Below, piece by piece: positions 46,631-56,007 of a DNA stretch of 64,000 nt. The notes under the pieces are model-generated. The model searched no databases. It was not told the origin of the DNA and worked only from the letters and a program-made list of their open reading frames with translations. The stretch comes from a bacterium UBP16_UBA6123 (lineage in GTDB: Bacteria; Muiribacteriota; UBA9980). The stretch's first letter is position 1. Every line of letters begins with the position of its first letter. Position numbers and translations under genes: made by a program. The DNA lies in contig DIVV01000225.1 in assembly GCA_002423385.1 (NCBI GenBank), positions 4,109-68,108 on the forward strand. The letters are read 5' to 3'.

Positions 46631-47749
46631 ATGGCGATAAAAAGTTCCATTGTTTACAGCAACGTATGGGAAGACCCCGAATTAAACAGGCGCGCGCTTT
46701 TAATAGAAGCCGGCGACTGCGTGCTGTCGATAACCTCGGGCGGCTGCAACTCGCTTAATCTGCTTATCGAAGGCCCGCAAAAAGTAGTTTCGATAGACGC
46801 TAATCCTACACAGAATTATCTTCTTGAATATAAGATAGCCGCCGTTAAATCATTTGAATATGAAGAATTTTTAGAAGCCCTCGGCGTCGAGTTTTATAAT
46901 AAACCTTCAAAATTCAGTTCTGACTACCGCCTTGAATTATACGACAGACTGAGGCCGAATCTATCCAGTGAAGCTAAAAATTTCTGGGACGAAAATCACG
47001 ACATAATAAAATCAGGCCTTATAACTTGCGGCAAGGTGGAAAAATTCTTCAAGTTATACCGCAAAATTTTAATGATGTTATACGGTTCTAAATACGAATC
47101 GATCAAAAAGATTTTTTTCTGCCCCGATATCGGCATTCAACGCAAAATATATGAAAGCATAAATTTCAAGCGCTGGCATTTATTAAACTGGTTGTTTTTA
47201 AACAGAACAATATTAAGTTTAGTTAAAGGCGCGCATTCGTTCAGATACGTCGAAGAAAAGGAATTCGATAAAAACCTCAATCGTAAAGTGGACCGCGCCA
47301 TGAAAAATATCGATAACCGCACAAATTACTTTTTTTCACTGATACTGCTCGGAAAATTTTTATCGCCTAAATGCCTTCCGCCTTATCTTTTAAGCGAAAA
47401 CTTCGATAAACTTAAAAATAATATAGATAAAATCGAAGTTTTTCAGGGAATATCAACCGATGTTCTCGCCAAGTTCGGGCCTGAAAGTTTTAATAAATTC
47501 AATTTATCCAATATATTCGAATGGATGGAAGACGATATTTTCAACCATGTAATGCGCGAATTCATACAACTGGCAAAACCGGCGTCGCGCCTTTGCTACC
47601 GCTACACTCTGGCAAAACCGCGCAGCCTCGATGAAAGTAATTTAAAAATACTGAAAGCCGAGCCGGAACTCGCCGCCGAACTTCACGCGATCGACCGTTC
47701 ATTCATGTATGAAAGCTTTCATGTTTACAGTATGAATAAAAAGTCATAG
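46631..47749 (+). CDS. DUF3419 / BtaA-like (S-adenosylmethionine:diacylglycerol 3-amino-3-carboxypropyl transferase-like) protein
   Basis: 372-aa ORF. The N-terminus VWEDPELNRRAL...VLSITSGGCNSLNLL matches the family signature as I recall it. Confidence 0.7.
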   Translation: MAIKSSIVYSNVWEDPELNRRALLIEAGDCVLSITSGGCNSLNLLIEGPQKVVSIDANPTQNYLLEYKIAAVKSFEYEEFLEALGVEFYNKPSKFSSDYRLELYDRLRPNLSSEAKNFWDENHDIIKSGLITCGKVEKFFKLYRKILMMLYGSKYESIKKIFFCPDIGIQRKIYESINFKRWHLLNWLFLNRTILSLVKGAHSFRYVEEKEFDKNLNRKVDRAMKNIDNRTNYFFSLILLGKFLSPKCLPPYLLSENFDKLKNNIDKIEVFQGISTDVLAKFGPESFNKFNLSNIFEWMEDDIFNHVMREFIQLAKPASRLCYRYTLAKPRSLDESNLKILKAEPELAAELHAIDRSFMYESFHVYSMNKKS

Positions 47750-47762
47750 ATAAAAAATAATA

Positions 47763-47792
47763 TTGACACCATTATATATTCTATGATAAAAT
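47763..47792 (+). promoter_or_regulatory. sigma70-like promoter (TTGACA, 18-nt spacer, TAAAAT) for the acyl-CoA operon
   Basis: TTGACA at 47763-47768 and TAAAAT at 47787-47792. RBS AAAGGAG precedes the TTG at 47844. Confidence 0.55.
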
Positions 47793-47843
47793 ACTTTCAG
47801 TTTTTTTGCTTTTATGCATATTATAAAACATTGAAAGGAGAAA

Positions 47844-48989
47844 TTGAAATTGAATTTCGAATTTAACGAAGATCAAATTCAAATCCGTGATATGGCGCGT
47901 GAATTCGCGCAAAACGAAATAGCTCCGACAGCGGCTAAGTATGATGAAGAGGCTAAATTTCCGTGGCCGGTCATCAAAAAAATGGCCGAGCTTAATTTTC
48001 TGGGAATGATGATACCCGAACAGTACGGCGGCATGGATTTCGACGCGACCACCGTAACTTTAGTAATAGAAGAAATATCTAAAGCCGACGCGTCCTGCGG
48101 CGTTATACTCGCCGTTCAAAATTCGCTCGGCGTATCTACTCTGGTAAACCACGGCTCCGAAGAACTTAAAAAGAAATATCTGCCGCAGATAGCTTCCGGC
48201 GAAAAACTTTGCGCCTTCGGCCTTACCGAAGCCGGCGCCGGTTCGGATTTCACCGGCATGACCACTACCGCCGAAGACAAAGGCGATCACTGGCTTTTAA
48301 ACGGCCGTAAAACATTCATAACCAACGGTTCGACCGCTGAAACATTCACCATAATAGCGATGACCGATAAAAATAAAGGCGCGCGCGGCATGAGCGCTTT
48401 CGTCGTCGAAAAGAGTTTTCCAGGATTCGGCGTCGGCACCATCGAAAAAAAACTCGGCATAAGAGCTTCCGACACGACCGAACTTATTTTAGATAACGTA
48501 AAAGTCCCTAAAGATAACCTTATCGGCAAAAAAGGCTACGGATTCATATACGCAATGCAGGCTCTGGACACCGGCCGCATAGGCGTCGGCGCGCAGTCGC
48601 TCGGAATAGCCCAGGCCGCTTACGAAAAAGCGCTTCAATATTCAAAAACGAGAGTGCAGTGGGGTTCGCCTATCACCAAGCTACAGGCTATCCAGTTTAA
48701 ATTCGCCGAAATGGCCACGCGCATCGAAGCCACTAAATGGCTGGTATATCACGCGGCCTACCTCAAAGATAATAACAGGCCTTTCGTAAAAGAAGCGTCG
48801 ATGGCTAAAGTTTTTTCGTCTGAAATGGCCACTTTCGTAACCCATCAGGCTATGCAGATAATGGGCGGCTACGGCTACATGAAAGAATACGACGTCGAAA
48901 GATATTACCGCGACGCCCGTATAACCGAAATATACGAAGGCACCTCCGAAATACAAAGGCATGTAATCGCATCGCTGATAATGAAATAA
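47844..48989 (+). CDS. acyl-CoA dehydrogenase (short/branched-chain, butyryl-CoA dehydrogenase-like)
   Basis: 381-aa ORF with a TTG start. Motifs GLTEAGAGSD, ITNG, C-terminal YEGTSEIQR, and the catalytic Glu context. Confidence 0.93.
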   Translation: MKLNFEFNEDQIQIRDMAREFAQNEIAPTAAKYDEEAKFPWPVIKKMAELNFLGMMIPEQYGGMDFDATTVTLVIEEISKADASCGVILAVQNSLGVSTLVNHGSEELKKKYLPQIASGEKLCAFGLTEAGAGSDFTGMTTTAEDKGDHWLLNGRKTFITNGSTAETFTIIAMTDKNKGARGMSAFVVEKSFPGFGVGTIEKKLGIRASDTTELILDNVKVPKDNLIGKKGYGFIYAMQALDTGRIGVGAQSLGIAQAAYEKALQYSKTRVQWGSPITKLQAIQFKFAEMATRIEATKWLVYHAAYLKDNNRPFVKEASMAKVFSSEMATFVTHQAMQIMGGYGYMKEYDVERYYRDARITEIYEGTSEIQRHVIASLIMK

Positions 48990-49017
48990 TCGAATCAAAA
49001 TAAACTCTTAACCAACG

Positions 49018-49037
49018 GGGCGCGATAAAGCGCCCCA
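49018..49037 (+). other. GC hairpin after the acyl-CoA dehydrogenase gene (possible attenuator or processing site)
   Basis: GGGGCGC-GATAAA-GCGCCCC. No U-tract follows. Confidence 0.3.
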
Positions 49038-49083
49038 ATTGCATATTCAAGGGGCAATAAAAATATAAGCGAGGTAAGTTTTA

Positions 49084-50169
49084 ATGGATATTTTCGAAGA
49101 AATGCAAAAATACGGACATGAAGAACTTAACCTGTTTTATGAACCTGAATTCGATCTTAGAGCGATCGTTTCGATACATAACTCAAACCTGGGCACCGCC
49201 TTCGGCGTTACCAGACTCGCTGATTATTTTTTCGAAGACGCCGCCATTCTTGATGCGCTTAAATTAGCCAGAAACTCGACGATGTCGGCCTCTATTTTAA
49301 ATTGCGATCTCGGCGGCGCCTCGAGCATATTAATAAGCGACGAAACAGGGGAGGAAAAAGGCGAAGGTTATCTTCGCGCCTACGGCCGTTTTCTGCGCTC
49401 ATTCGGAAACCGCTTCTGCACAATGCCCGATTCCGGTTTTAAGCAAAAAGATATAATGTTTATATCTAAAGAATTTCCCAACGTTATAGGCCAGCCCGAA
49501 TTTTACGGCAGCGACGGGCCTTCTTATTTTATCGCCTACGGCGCGCTTTGCGGAATTAAAGCCTGCGCGAACGAAGTTTTTGCGAGCGCCGTGCTTGAGA
49601 AAAAAAGAATATTAGTTCAGGACCTCACGCCCGCCGCCATTCAATTAGTTAAAATGCTTTCAAATGAAGGCGCCGAAATTATAGTCACCGATAAATATTA
49701 TGACAATGTCAAGCGTTTAAAAGACGAAATCAGTTCAATTCAAATCGTGCGCCCCGACGAATATGAAGATATTACCGTCGATATTTTCGTTCCATGTTCC
49801 GGAATCGGAATGGTCACCGAAAAATATATAACCGAAAAAAGATGCAAAATAGTCGCCGGCATGGCTAAATTGCAACTGGCTTCCGACGATATTTCCGAAT
49901 TAATGCATAAAAATGGCATTTTATACGCGCCTGGAATAGTGATGAACGCGGCTGAAGCCGTGGTGGCTTTTTGTGAAATATTCGGCCATGACGACGATCA
50001 TATTAAAAACCATATTGAGCAAATCAGCGACGTTATGAGTGAAATATTGGTAAAATCCCGTGAAACGGGCGAAACGCCCTGTGAAATAGCTCAAAAAACA
50101 GCTATAGACAGGCTTCTGGTAGTACATAAACTTAAAAAGATATTTACCGGCAATTTTGCGGTCAGTTAA
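49084..50169 (+). CDS. Glu/Leu/Phe/Val dehydrogenase-fold protein, LeuDH-like but with catalytic residues substituted
   Basis: 361-aa ORF. The N-terminus MDIFEEMQKYGHEEL...LRAIVSIHNSNLGTAFG parallels Bacillus LeuDH. The expected GGGK reads LGGASS and the GxGxxA loop reads VQDLTPAA. Confidence 0.8.
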   Translation: MDIFEEMQKYGHEELNLFYEPEFDLRAIVSIHNSNLGTAFGVTRLADYFFEDAAILDALKLARNSTMSASILNCDLGGASSILISDETGEEKGEGYLRAYGRFLRSFGNRFCTMPDSGFKQKDIMFISKEFPNVIGQPEFYGSDGPSYFIAYGALCGIKACANEVFASAVLEKKRILVQDLTPAAIQLVKMLSNEGAEIIVTDKYYDNVKRLKDEISSIQIVRPDEYEDITVDIFVPCSGIGMVTEKYITEKRCKIVAGMAKLQLASDDISELMHKNGILYAPGIVMNAAEAVVAFCEIFGHDDDHIKNHIEQISDVMSEILVKSRETGETPCEIAQKTAIDRLLVVHKLKKIFTGNFAVS

Positions 50170-50184
50170 AAAGCGGAGGTTGAA

Positions 50185-51270
50185 ATGAGCGAAAATATCG
50201 TTAAAAAATATATTCTGGCGGTCAATCCCGGTTCGACTTCCACTAAAATAGCGGTTTACGAAAATTTAGAGCCGCTATTCGTTCAAAATATCGCGCACCA
50301 TAAAAAAGATCTCGAAAAATTTAAAAATATTAACGAACAATACGAATATCGGAAAAAAACCATATTAAAAGCTATCGCCGATAAAAAATTCGACCTGGAT
50401 TTACTATCAGCCATAGTGGCGCGCGGCGGCCTTATGAAACCGATCGAAGGCGGCGTTTATACCATCAATCAGCACATGATAGACGACCTTATAGCCGGAG
50501 TTTCTGGAAAACACGCCTCGAATTTAGCGGCGGTCATAGCCTACGGCATTTCATGGGATTTAAACCTTCCTTCATTTGTGGTAGATCCGCCCGTAATCGA
50601 CGAATTCACCCCGCTGGCTAAACTTACCGGCATGCCTGAAATAAAACGGCGCTCGATGTTGCACGCGCTAAATATACGCGCGGTCGCCCGGCGCGAGGCT
50701 GAAAAAATGGGCAAAAAATTCGAAGATATTAATTTAATAGTGGCGCACCTCGGCGGAGGCGTATCCATAGCCGCGCTGGAATGCGCTAAAATAATAGACG
50801 GCACCAACGCGCTTTACGAAGGCCCGCTTACACCCGAGCGCGCAGGCGCGCTTCCGACCGGTGATTTAATGGATATAATATTTTCCGGTAAATATAAAAC
50901 TAAAGAAGAACTTTATGCCAAACTTGTCGGAAAAAGCGGTTTTAACGCATATCTTAACACTAATTCCGCCAAAGAAGTGAGCGAATTATACGCGCAGAAC
51001 AATCCGACCGCTAAACTGGTATTTGAAGGAATGGCCTATCAGGTGGCAAAATTTATAGCCGAAATGGCCGCCGTATTGAAAGGAAAGGTTGATGCCGTCA
51101 TAATAACCGGCGGTATGGCGTTTTCAAAGGAATTAACCGGACTTATATCCGAACGCGTATCTTTTATAGCGCCGGTTATACTGCATCCCGGCGAAGATGA
51201 AATGCGCGCGCTCGCCGAAGGCTGTCTGCGGGTTCTAAACGGCGCGGAAACGCCTAAAATTTACCGTTAA
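50185..51270 (+). CDS. buk: butyrate kinase
   Basis: 361-aa ORF. ILAVNPGSTSTKIAVYE is the ASKHA N-terminal motif, followed by HLGGGVSI and ITGGMA. Confidence 0.93.
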   Translation: MSENIVKKYILAVNPGSTSTKIAVYENLEPLFVQNIAHHKKDLEKFKNINEQYEYRKKTILKAIADKKFDLDLLSAIVARGGLMKPIEGGVYTINQHMIDDLIAGVSGKHASNLAAVIAYGISWDLNLPSFVVDPPVIDEFTPLAKLTGMPEIKRRSMLHALNIRAVARREAEKMGKKFEDINLIVAHLGGGVSIAALECAKIIDGTNALYEGPLTPERAGALPTGDLMDIIFSGKYKTKEELYAKLVGKSGFNAYLNTNSAKEVSELYAQNNPTAKLVFEGMAYQVAKFIAEMAAVLKGKVDAVIITGGMAFSKELTGLISERVSFIAPVILHPGEDEMRALAEGCLRVLNGAETPKIYR

Positions 51271-51284
51271 AAGGAGATGTGATT

Positions 51285-52304
51285 ATGTCCATGTTTTCAA
51301 TAATGAAACAGACCGGGTCGGAACAGCTTAAATTCTGCGTCGAAAAAAATTCGAACTTCAAAGCTATAATAGCCGTCAACAGCACCGCTTTAGGCCCGGC
51401 TTTAGGCGATATCACATTCGTACCAGCCGCTTCAAATTATAAAGAATCCGCCTCCTGCGCCTGCTTTTTATCTCAAAAACTCACCAATGTTTACGCTTTT
51501 TTAGGGCTCCATTACGGCGGCGCGAAGATAATCGCGCAGGGCATGCCCGAAAAAGGCTATGAAGAAGTATATTTTCGTTCACTCGCGCGCCATATCAATA
51601 AACTTAACGGCAGGTTCATAATCAAATCTTCGGCTTATGTAAATAAAAGCATGCTCGATTATATTAAAGTGGAAACTTCTAATTTATTAAACCAGAGCGT
51701 TATAATAAACGACGACAAAATACTTCCGGTTATTAAAAAAATAGCCATGATAAATACTTTACGCGAAGTATCCACCAAGATATTCGACAACCGCGAAATT
51801 AATAAGTTAAAATTAGGATTTTTCGGAAGCACGGCTGATTATAATAAAATATCATGGCTTCTAAGCGATTTATCCGATATAAAAATATTTAGCGATCCAT
51901 CGGTTTTAAACGCCGAAGAAAATAACTTCGACATAGTGCTCATCTACGCTTCGTCTTCTAACGCCTCCGGCTTTATGGATCTTTTCAAAGCTAATTTCAA
52001 AGCTGCCGTCGGCGTATGTGAAGAAGAAATAGATATGGAAGTTTATGAAGACGTTATGAACGCGAAAAATATTTTTTACGTTCCGGGATATTTAGTCGAA
52101 AATCTCGAGGCTTATTACTTCAAGCGCGATCACATCAACCAGATAACTGCCGGAGAAAAGCCTGATTTCGCTCCTTTCGAATTATTCGTACGCGAAAAAT
52201 TAGCTTATTTATTCGATGAATCGATTAAAAAGAAAGAAAAAATAACGAAAACTTTAAACGATTTCGCCGCAAGACGAATTGAAATGCTTCAACTGCTTAA
52301 ATAG
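51285..52304 (+). CDS. second Glu/Leu/Phe/Val dehydrogenase-fold protein, LeuDH-like and degenerate
   Basis: The ORF track starts at GTG 51279. ATG 51285 is preferred because it lies 8 nt after RBS AAGGAG. Shows FKAIIAVNSTALGPALG and YGGAKII, and lacks a clear GxGxxG loop. Confidence 0.75.
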   Translation: MSMFSIMKQTGSEQLKFCVEKNSNFKAIIAVNSTALGPALGDITFVPAASNYKESASCACFLSQKLTNVYAFLGLHYGGAKIIAQGMPEKGYEEVYFRSLARHINKLNGRFIIKSSAYVNKSMLDYIKVETSNLLNQSVIINDDKILPVIKKIAMINTLREVSTKIFDNREINKLKLGFFGSTADYNKISWLLSDLSDIKIFSDPSVLNAEENNFDIVLIYASSSNASGFMDLFKANFKAAVGVCEEEIDMEVYEDVMNAKNIFYVPGYLVENLEAYYFKRDHINQITAGEKPDFAPFELFVREKLAYLFDESIKKKEKITKTLNDFAARRIEMLQLLK

Positions 52305-52369
52305 TAAATAGTAAACAGAATAGTTGCGGATTTTTGTAATAATTAAATTCAATAAATAAAGATGAACGG

Positions 52370-52783
52370 GTGATTAAAATGTCGGAAAAAATTAAGGTAT
52401 TGATAGCTAAACCCGGCCTCGACGGCCACGACCGGGGAGCTAAAGTGGTCGCGCGCGCATTCCGCGACGCGGGTTTTGAAGTAATATACACGGGCCTGCG
52501 CCAGACGCCCGAACAGATAGTAAACGCCGCTATAGAAGAAGACGTTGACGCTATCGGCGTGTCCATTCTTTCAGGCGCGCATAACCACTGTTTTTCAGAG
52601 ATAATGCAGCTTCTAAAACATAACAGTATAGAAGATATCATGGTATTCGGCGGCGGCATCATACCCGACGACGACGTAACTTATCTTAAAAGCATAGGCG
52701 TCGCTGAAATTTTCGGACCGGGAACGCCGACGGCCGATACGGTCGATTTCGTTAAAACCAACGTTAGAAAGGGTAATGAATAA
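52370..52783 (+). CDS. B12-binding small subunit of a split acyl-CoA mutase (MCM/ICM family)
   Basis: 137-aa ORF; the start may be ATG 52379. [15 protein letters not shown] contains the DxHxxG cobalamin-binding motif. Confidence 0.9.
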   Translation: MIKMSEKIKVLIAKPGLDGHDRGAKVVARAFRDAGFEVIYTGLRQTPEQIVNAAIEEDVDAIGVSILSGAHNHCFSEIMQLLKHNSIEDIMVFGGGIIPDDDVTYLKSIGVAEIFGPGTPTADTVDFVKTNVRKGNE

Positions 52784-53749
52784 ATGTCATTCGACGCCTC
52801 TCTCATAGGGCGGTTTTTAAAGGGCGATAAAAGAGCTTGCGCCCGCATAATATCCATAGTAGAAGACCGCAGGCCGGGTTACGAAGAATATATAGAAGCC
52901 ATACAGCCCCATGTCGGCTCGGCCTACGTGGTCGGCATCACCGGGCCGCCCGGCGTGGGAAAAAGCACTTTGATAAATAAACTCGCCGCCGGTTTTCTTG
53001 AATCGAACGCAAATATAGCCGTCATAGCGGTGGACCCGTCTTCACCGTTTACCGGCGGCGCCGTTCTGGGAGACCGCATAAGAATCGGCGAAATAGGACT
53101 CAACCCTAAATTTTACTTTCGCTCACTGAGCAGCCGCGGAAGCCTCGGCGGCCTTTCCGAAGCCGCGGTGGATGTTATCAGGGTGATGGACGCATTTAAA
53201 AAAGAGATCATATTAGTTGAAACCGTCGGTACCGGACAGAACGAAGTGGACGTAATGCGCGCCTGCGACACGACGGTAGTGGTAACCATGCCTGGAACCG
53301 GCGATGATATACAGGCACAGAAAGCCGGAATATTAGAGATAGGAAATATATTCGTCATAAATAAGGCGGACCGCGATGGCGTAGAACGCACGCTGCGCGA
53401 ACTGCAGACGATGCTTATGATGAACCCGCTCAATGATAAATACGAAACTCCTATAATATTAACCAGATCCAATACGGGCGACGGCATAAAAGAAGTCAAA
53501 ACCGCCGTGGAGCGGCATCGCGACTACCTCGAATCGAGCGGCTGGCTTTCTATAAAACGCTCCGAAAGAAACGTCCGCGCCTTTAAAAACCTTATAAATT
53601 CGAAAATAATAGATGAAATAAACCTTATTATATCGCATCATCACGGCTATGACGATATAGAAACGCAGGTTAAAAACGGCGGCCTGAGTCCGCACAGGGC
53701 AAGCATTCAATTAATGGAATATATTAATAAAAAAATATTATGCCGGTAA
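52784..53749 (+). CDS. meaB: MeaB/ArgK-type G-protein chaperone of B12-dependent mutases
   Basis: 321-aa ORF with P-loop GPPGVGKST, VETVGTGQ and NKADR. Confidence 0.92.
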   Translation: MSFDASLIGRFLKGDKRACARIISIVEDRRPGYEEYIEAIQPHVGSAYVVGITGPPGVGKSTLINKLAAGFLESNANIAVIAVDPSSPFTGGAVLGDRIRIGEIGLNPKFYFRSLSSRGSLGGLSEAAVDVIRVMDAFKKEIILVETVGTGQNEVDVMRACDTTVVVTMPGTGDDIQAQKAGILEIGNIFVINKADRDGVERTLRELQTMLMMNPLNDKYETPIILTRSNTGDGIKEVKTAVERHRDYLESSGWLSIKRSERNVRAFKNLINSKIIDEINLIISHHHGYDDIETQVKNGGLSPHRASIQLMEYINKKILCR

Positions 53750-53776
53750 TGTTTTAAAAAAAACGGGAGAACTCTT

Positions 53777-55450
53777 ATGAATAACATTGAAAAAATGAAA
53801 GAAAGTTTTAATAAATGGAAAGCAGATTATAATAAAAAAAAGGACGGATCGAAACTCCGGCAGAAGAAATTCATGTCGGTGTCTTCCTACGAACCTGAAC
53901 CGCTTTACACGCCTTTAGATATCGAAGGTTTCGATTATTTTGAAAAACTCGGCATACCCGGCGATTATCCGTTCACCCGCGGAGTACACAACACTCTTTA
54001 CCGCGAAAGATTATGGACTATGCGGCAGTTCGCCGGTTTCGGCACCGCGCGCCAATCGAACGAGCGCTATAAATATCTTTTAAAAAACGGCCAGACGGGC
54101 CTGTCGGTCGCATTTCATCTGCCTACTTTAATGGGCCTCGATTCAGACAACCCTTTATCGCGCGGCGAAATAGGAAAAGACGGCGTAGCCATCGACACGC
54201 TCGCCGATATGGAAATTTTATTCGACGGCATACCGCTGGATAAAGTATCGACTTCAATGACTATCAACGCGCCGGCCGCAATATTACTTGCAATGTATAT
54301 AGCCGTGGCTAAAAAACAGGGAATAGCGCCTGAAAAACTTAGCGGCACGATACAAAACGATATTTTAAAAGAATATATAGCCCAGAAAACCTTTATTTTT
54401 CCGCCTGAGCCTTCTATTAAACTAATAGTTGACACTATCGAATACTGCTCCAAACACCTTCCAGCCTGGAACACCATTTCGATATCGGGCTATCACATAA
54501 GAGAAGCGGGAGCTACCGCCCTTCAGGAACTCGCCTTCACGCTCATAGACGGCCGCACTTACGTAGAAGCCGCTATAGCGCGCGGTCTCGATGTTAACGA
54601 ATTCGCGCCGCGTCTTTCTTTCTTTTTTAACTCGCATAACGATTTCTTCGAAGAAGTGGCTAAATTCCGCGCAGCCCGCCGTATATGGGCTAAACTGATG
54701 AAGGAAAAATTCGGGGCCTCAAACCAGCGCGCCCAGTTAATGCGCTTTCACACTCAGACGGCCGGCTGTTCGCTTACAGCCAACCAGATCGAAAACAATA
54801 TAGTGCGCGTTACCATACAGGCATTAGCGGCCGTTATGGGCGGCACTCAGTCGCTGCACACCAATTCCATGGACGAAGCCCTCGCCCTGCCGAGCGAAAA
54901 AGCGGTCAGAATAGCTCTTCGCACCCAGCAGATAATAGCCGGTGAAAGCGGCGCGGCTAACGTAATAGACCCTCTCGGCGGCTCGTATTACGTAGAAAAA
55001 CTGACCGACGAAATGGAAAAAGGCGTTATGGATTACTTCGATCAGATCGACCGCATGGGCGGCGTACTTTCGGCCATAGATAAGGGTTTCTTCCAATCCG
55101 AAATAGCCGACGCATCTTTTCGCTATCAGCGCGAAATTGAAAGAAACGAACGCGTGGTAGTCGGGGTTAATTCATATTGCGACGCCAACAGTGAAAAAAG
55201 TACGGGCGAAATTCTTAAAATAGACGAAAAAGTTGAACGCGAACAGGTAGCCGCACTCGGCGAATTAAAGAAAAAACGCGATAACGATAAGGTAAAAGCC
55301 TCTCTTAACCGCCTTAAAACCGACGCGCAAAAAGGAGTTAACGTAATGTACGCCCTGATCGACTGCGTGGAAGCCTACGCGTCGCTCGGCGAAATGTGCG
55401 ACGTTTTCAGGGAAGTTTACGGCGTTTACGAAGAACCGCCAATGTTTTAG
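53777..55450 (+). CDS. acyl-CoA mutase large (substrate-binding TIM barrel) subunit, isobutyryl-CoA-mutase-like
   Basis: 557-aa ORF. PGDYPFTRGVHNTLYRERLWTMRQFAGFGT...GQTGLSVAFHLPTLMGLDSD and IQNDILKEYIAQKTFIFPP are MCM-family blocks. Confidence 0.92.
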   Translation: MNNIEKMKESFNKWKADYNKKKDGSKLRQKKFMSVSSYEPEPLYTPLDIEGFDYFEKLGIPGDYPFTRGVHNTLYRERLWTMRQFAGFGTARQSNERYKYLLKNGQTGLSVAFHLPTLMGLDSDNPLSRGEIGKDGVAIDTLADMEILFDGIPLDKVSTSMTINAPAAILLAMYIAVAKKQGIAPEKLSGTIQNDILKEYIAQKTFIFPPEPSIKLIVDTIEYCSKHLPAWNTISISGYHIREAGATALQELAFTLIDGRTYVEAAIARGLDVNEFAPRLSFFFNSHNDFFEEVAKFRAARRIWAKLMKEKFGASNQRAQLMRFHTQTAGCSLTANQIENNIVRVTIQALAAVMGGTQSLHTNSMDEALALPSEKAVRIALRTQQIIAGESGAANVIDPLGGSYYVEKLTDEMEKGVMDYFDQIDRMGGVLSAIDKGFFQSEIADASFRYQREIERNERVVVGVNSYCDANSEKSTGEILKIDEKVEREQVAALGELKKKRDNDKVKASLNRLKTDAQKGVNVMYALIDCVEAYASLGEMCDVFREVYGVYEEPPMF

Positions 55451-55458
55451 GATATTTT

Positions 55459-55992
55459 ATGAATATAGAAAAAGGCCTCATACAGGTTTATACCGGAAAC
55501 GGAAAAGGCAAAACCACTGCGGCTTTCGGCCTGGCTCTGAGAGCGCGCGGTCACGGTTTTTCAGTTAAAATCGTGCAATTTATGAAATCAGAAAAAATGT
55601 TTAATACCTACGGCGAAATTAAATATTTTAAAAACGACTCGGGCATCGAAATTTTTCAATTCGGCTCCGACGGATGGGTTGACGCGAAAAATCCCGCGCC
55701 AAAGGACATCGCCGCCGCCAAAACAGCCGTCGAAAAAACCGTCGATATATTAAAAAATCAAAATACAGATTTAGTAGTGCTCGACGAAATATTATACGCC
55801 TACAACTTTAATTTAATTAAAAGGGAAGATATCGAAATAATATTAGCCGCTAAAGGCGATAATACCGAATTAATATTAACCGGACGCAACGCGCCCGATT
55901 TCGTAATAGAAAAAGCCGATCTGGTAAGCGAAATTAAAGATATAAAACATTACTTTAAATCGCGAAAAGCCATTACAGGTATTGAATTTTAA
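55459..55992 (+). CDS. cobO: ATP:cob(I)alamin adenosyltransferase (CobA/CobO/BtuR type)
   Basis: The true start is taken as ATG 55459 (MNIEKGLIQVYTGNGKGKTTAAFG, P-loop). The 21-codon upstream extension in the ORF track overlaps the mutase gene. Confidence 0.88.
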   Translation: MNIEKGLIQVYTGNGKGKTTAAFGLALRARGHGFSVKIVQFMKSEKMFNTYGEIKYFKNDSGIEIFQFGSDGWVDAKNPAPKDIAAAKTAVEKTVDILKNQNTDLVVLDEILYAYNFNLIKREDIEIILAAKGDNTELILTGRNAPDFVIEKADLVSEIKDIKHYFKSRKAITGIEF

Positions 55993-56007
55993 TTACAGGA
56001 ACGCGAC

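Noticed and set aside
55396-55458. 21-codon N-terminal extension of the adenosyltransferase ORF
   Set aside because: It overlaps the 3-prime end of the mutase gene. The family N-terminus (MNIEKGLIQVYTGNGKGKTT) begins at ATG 55459.
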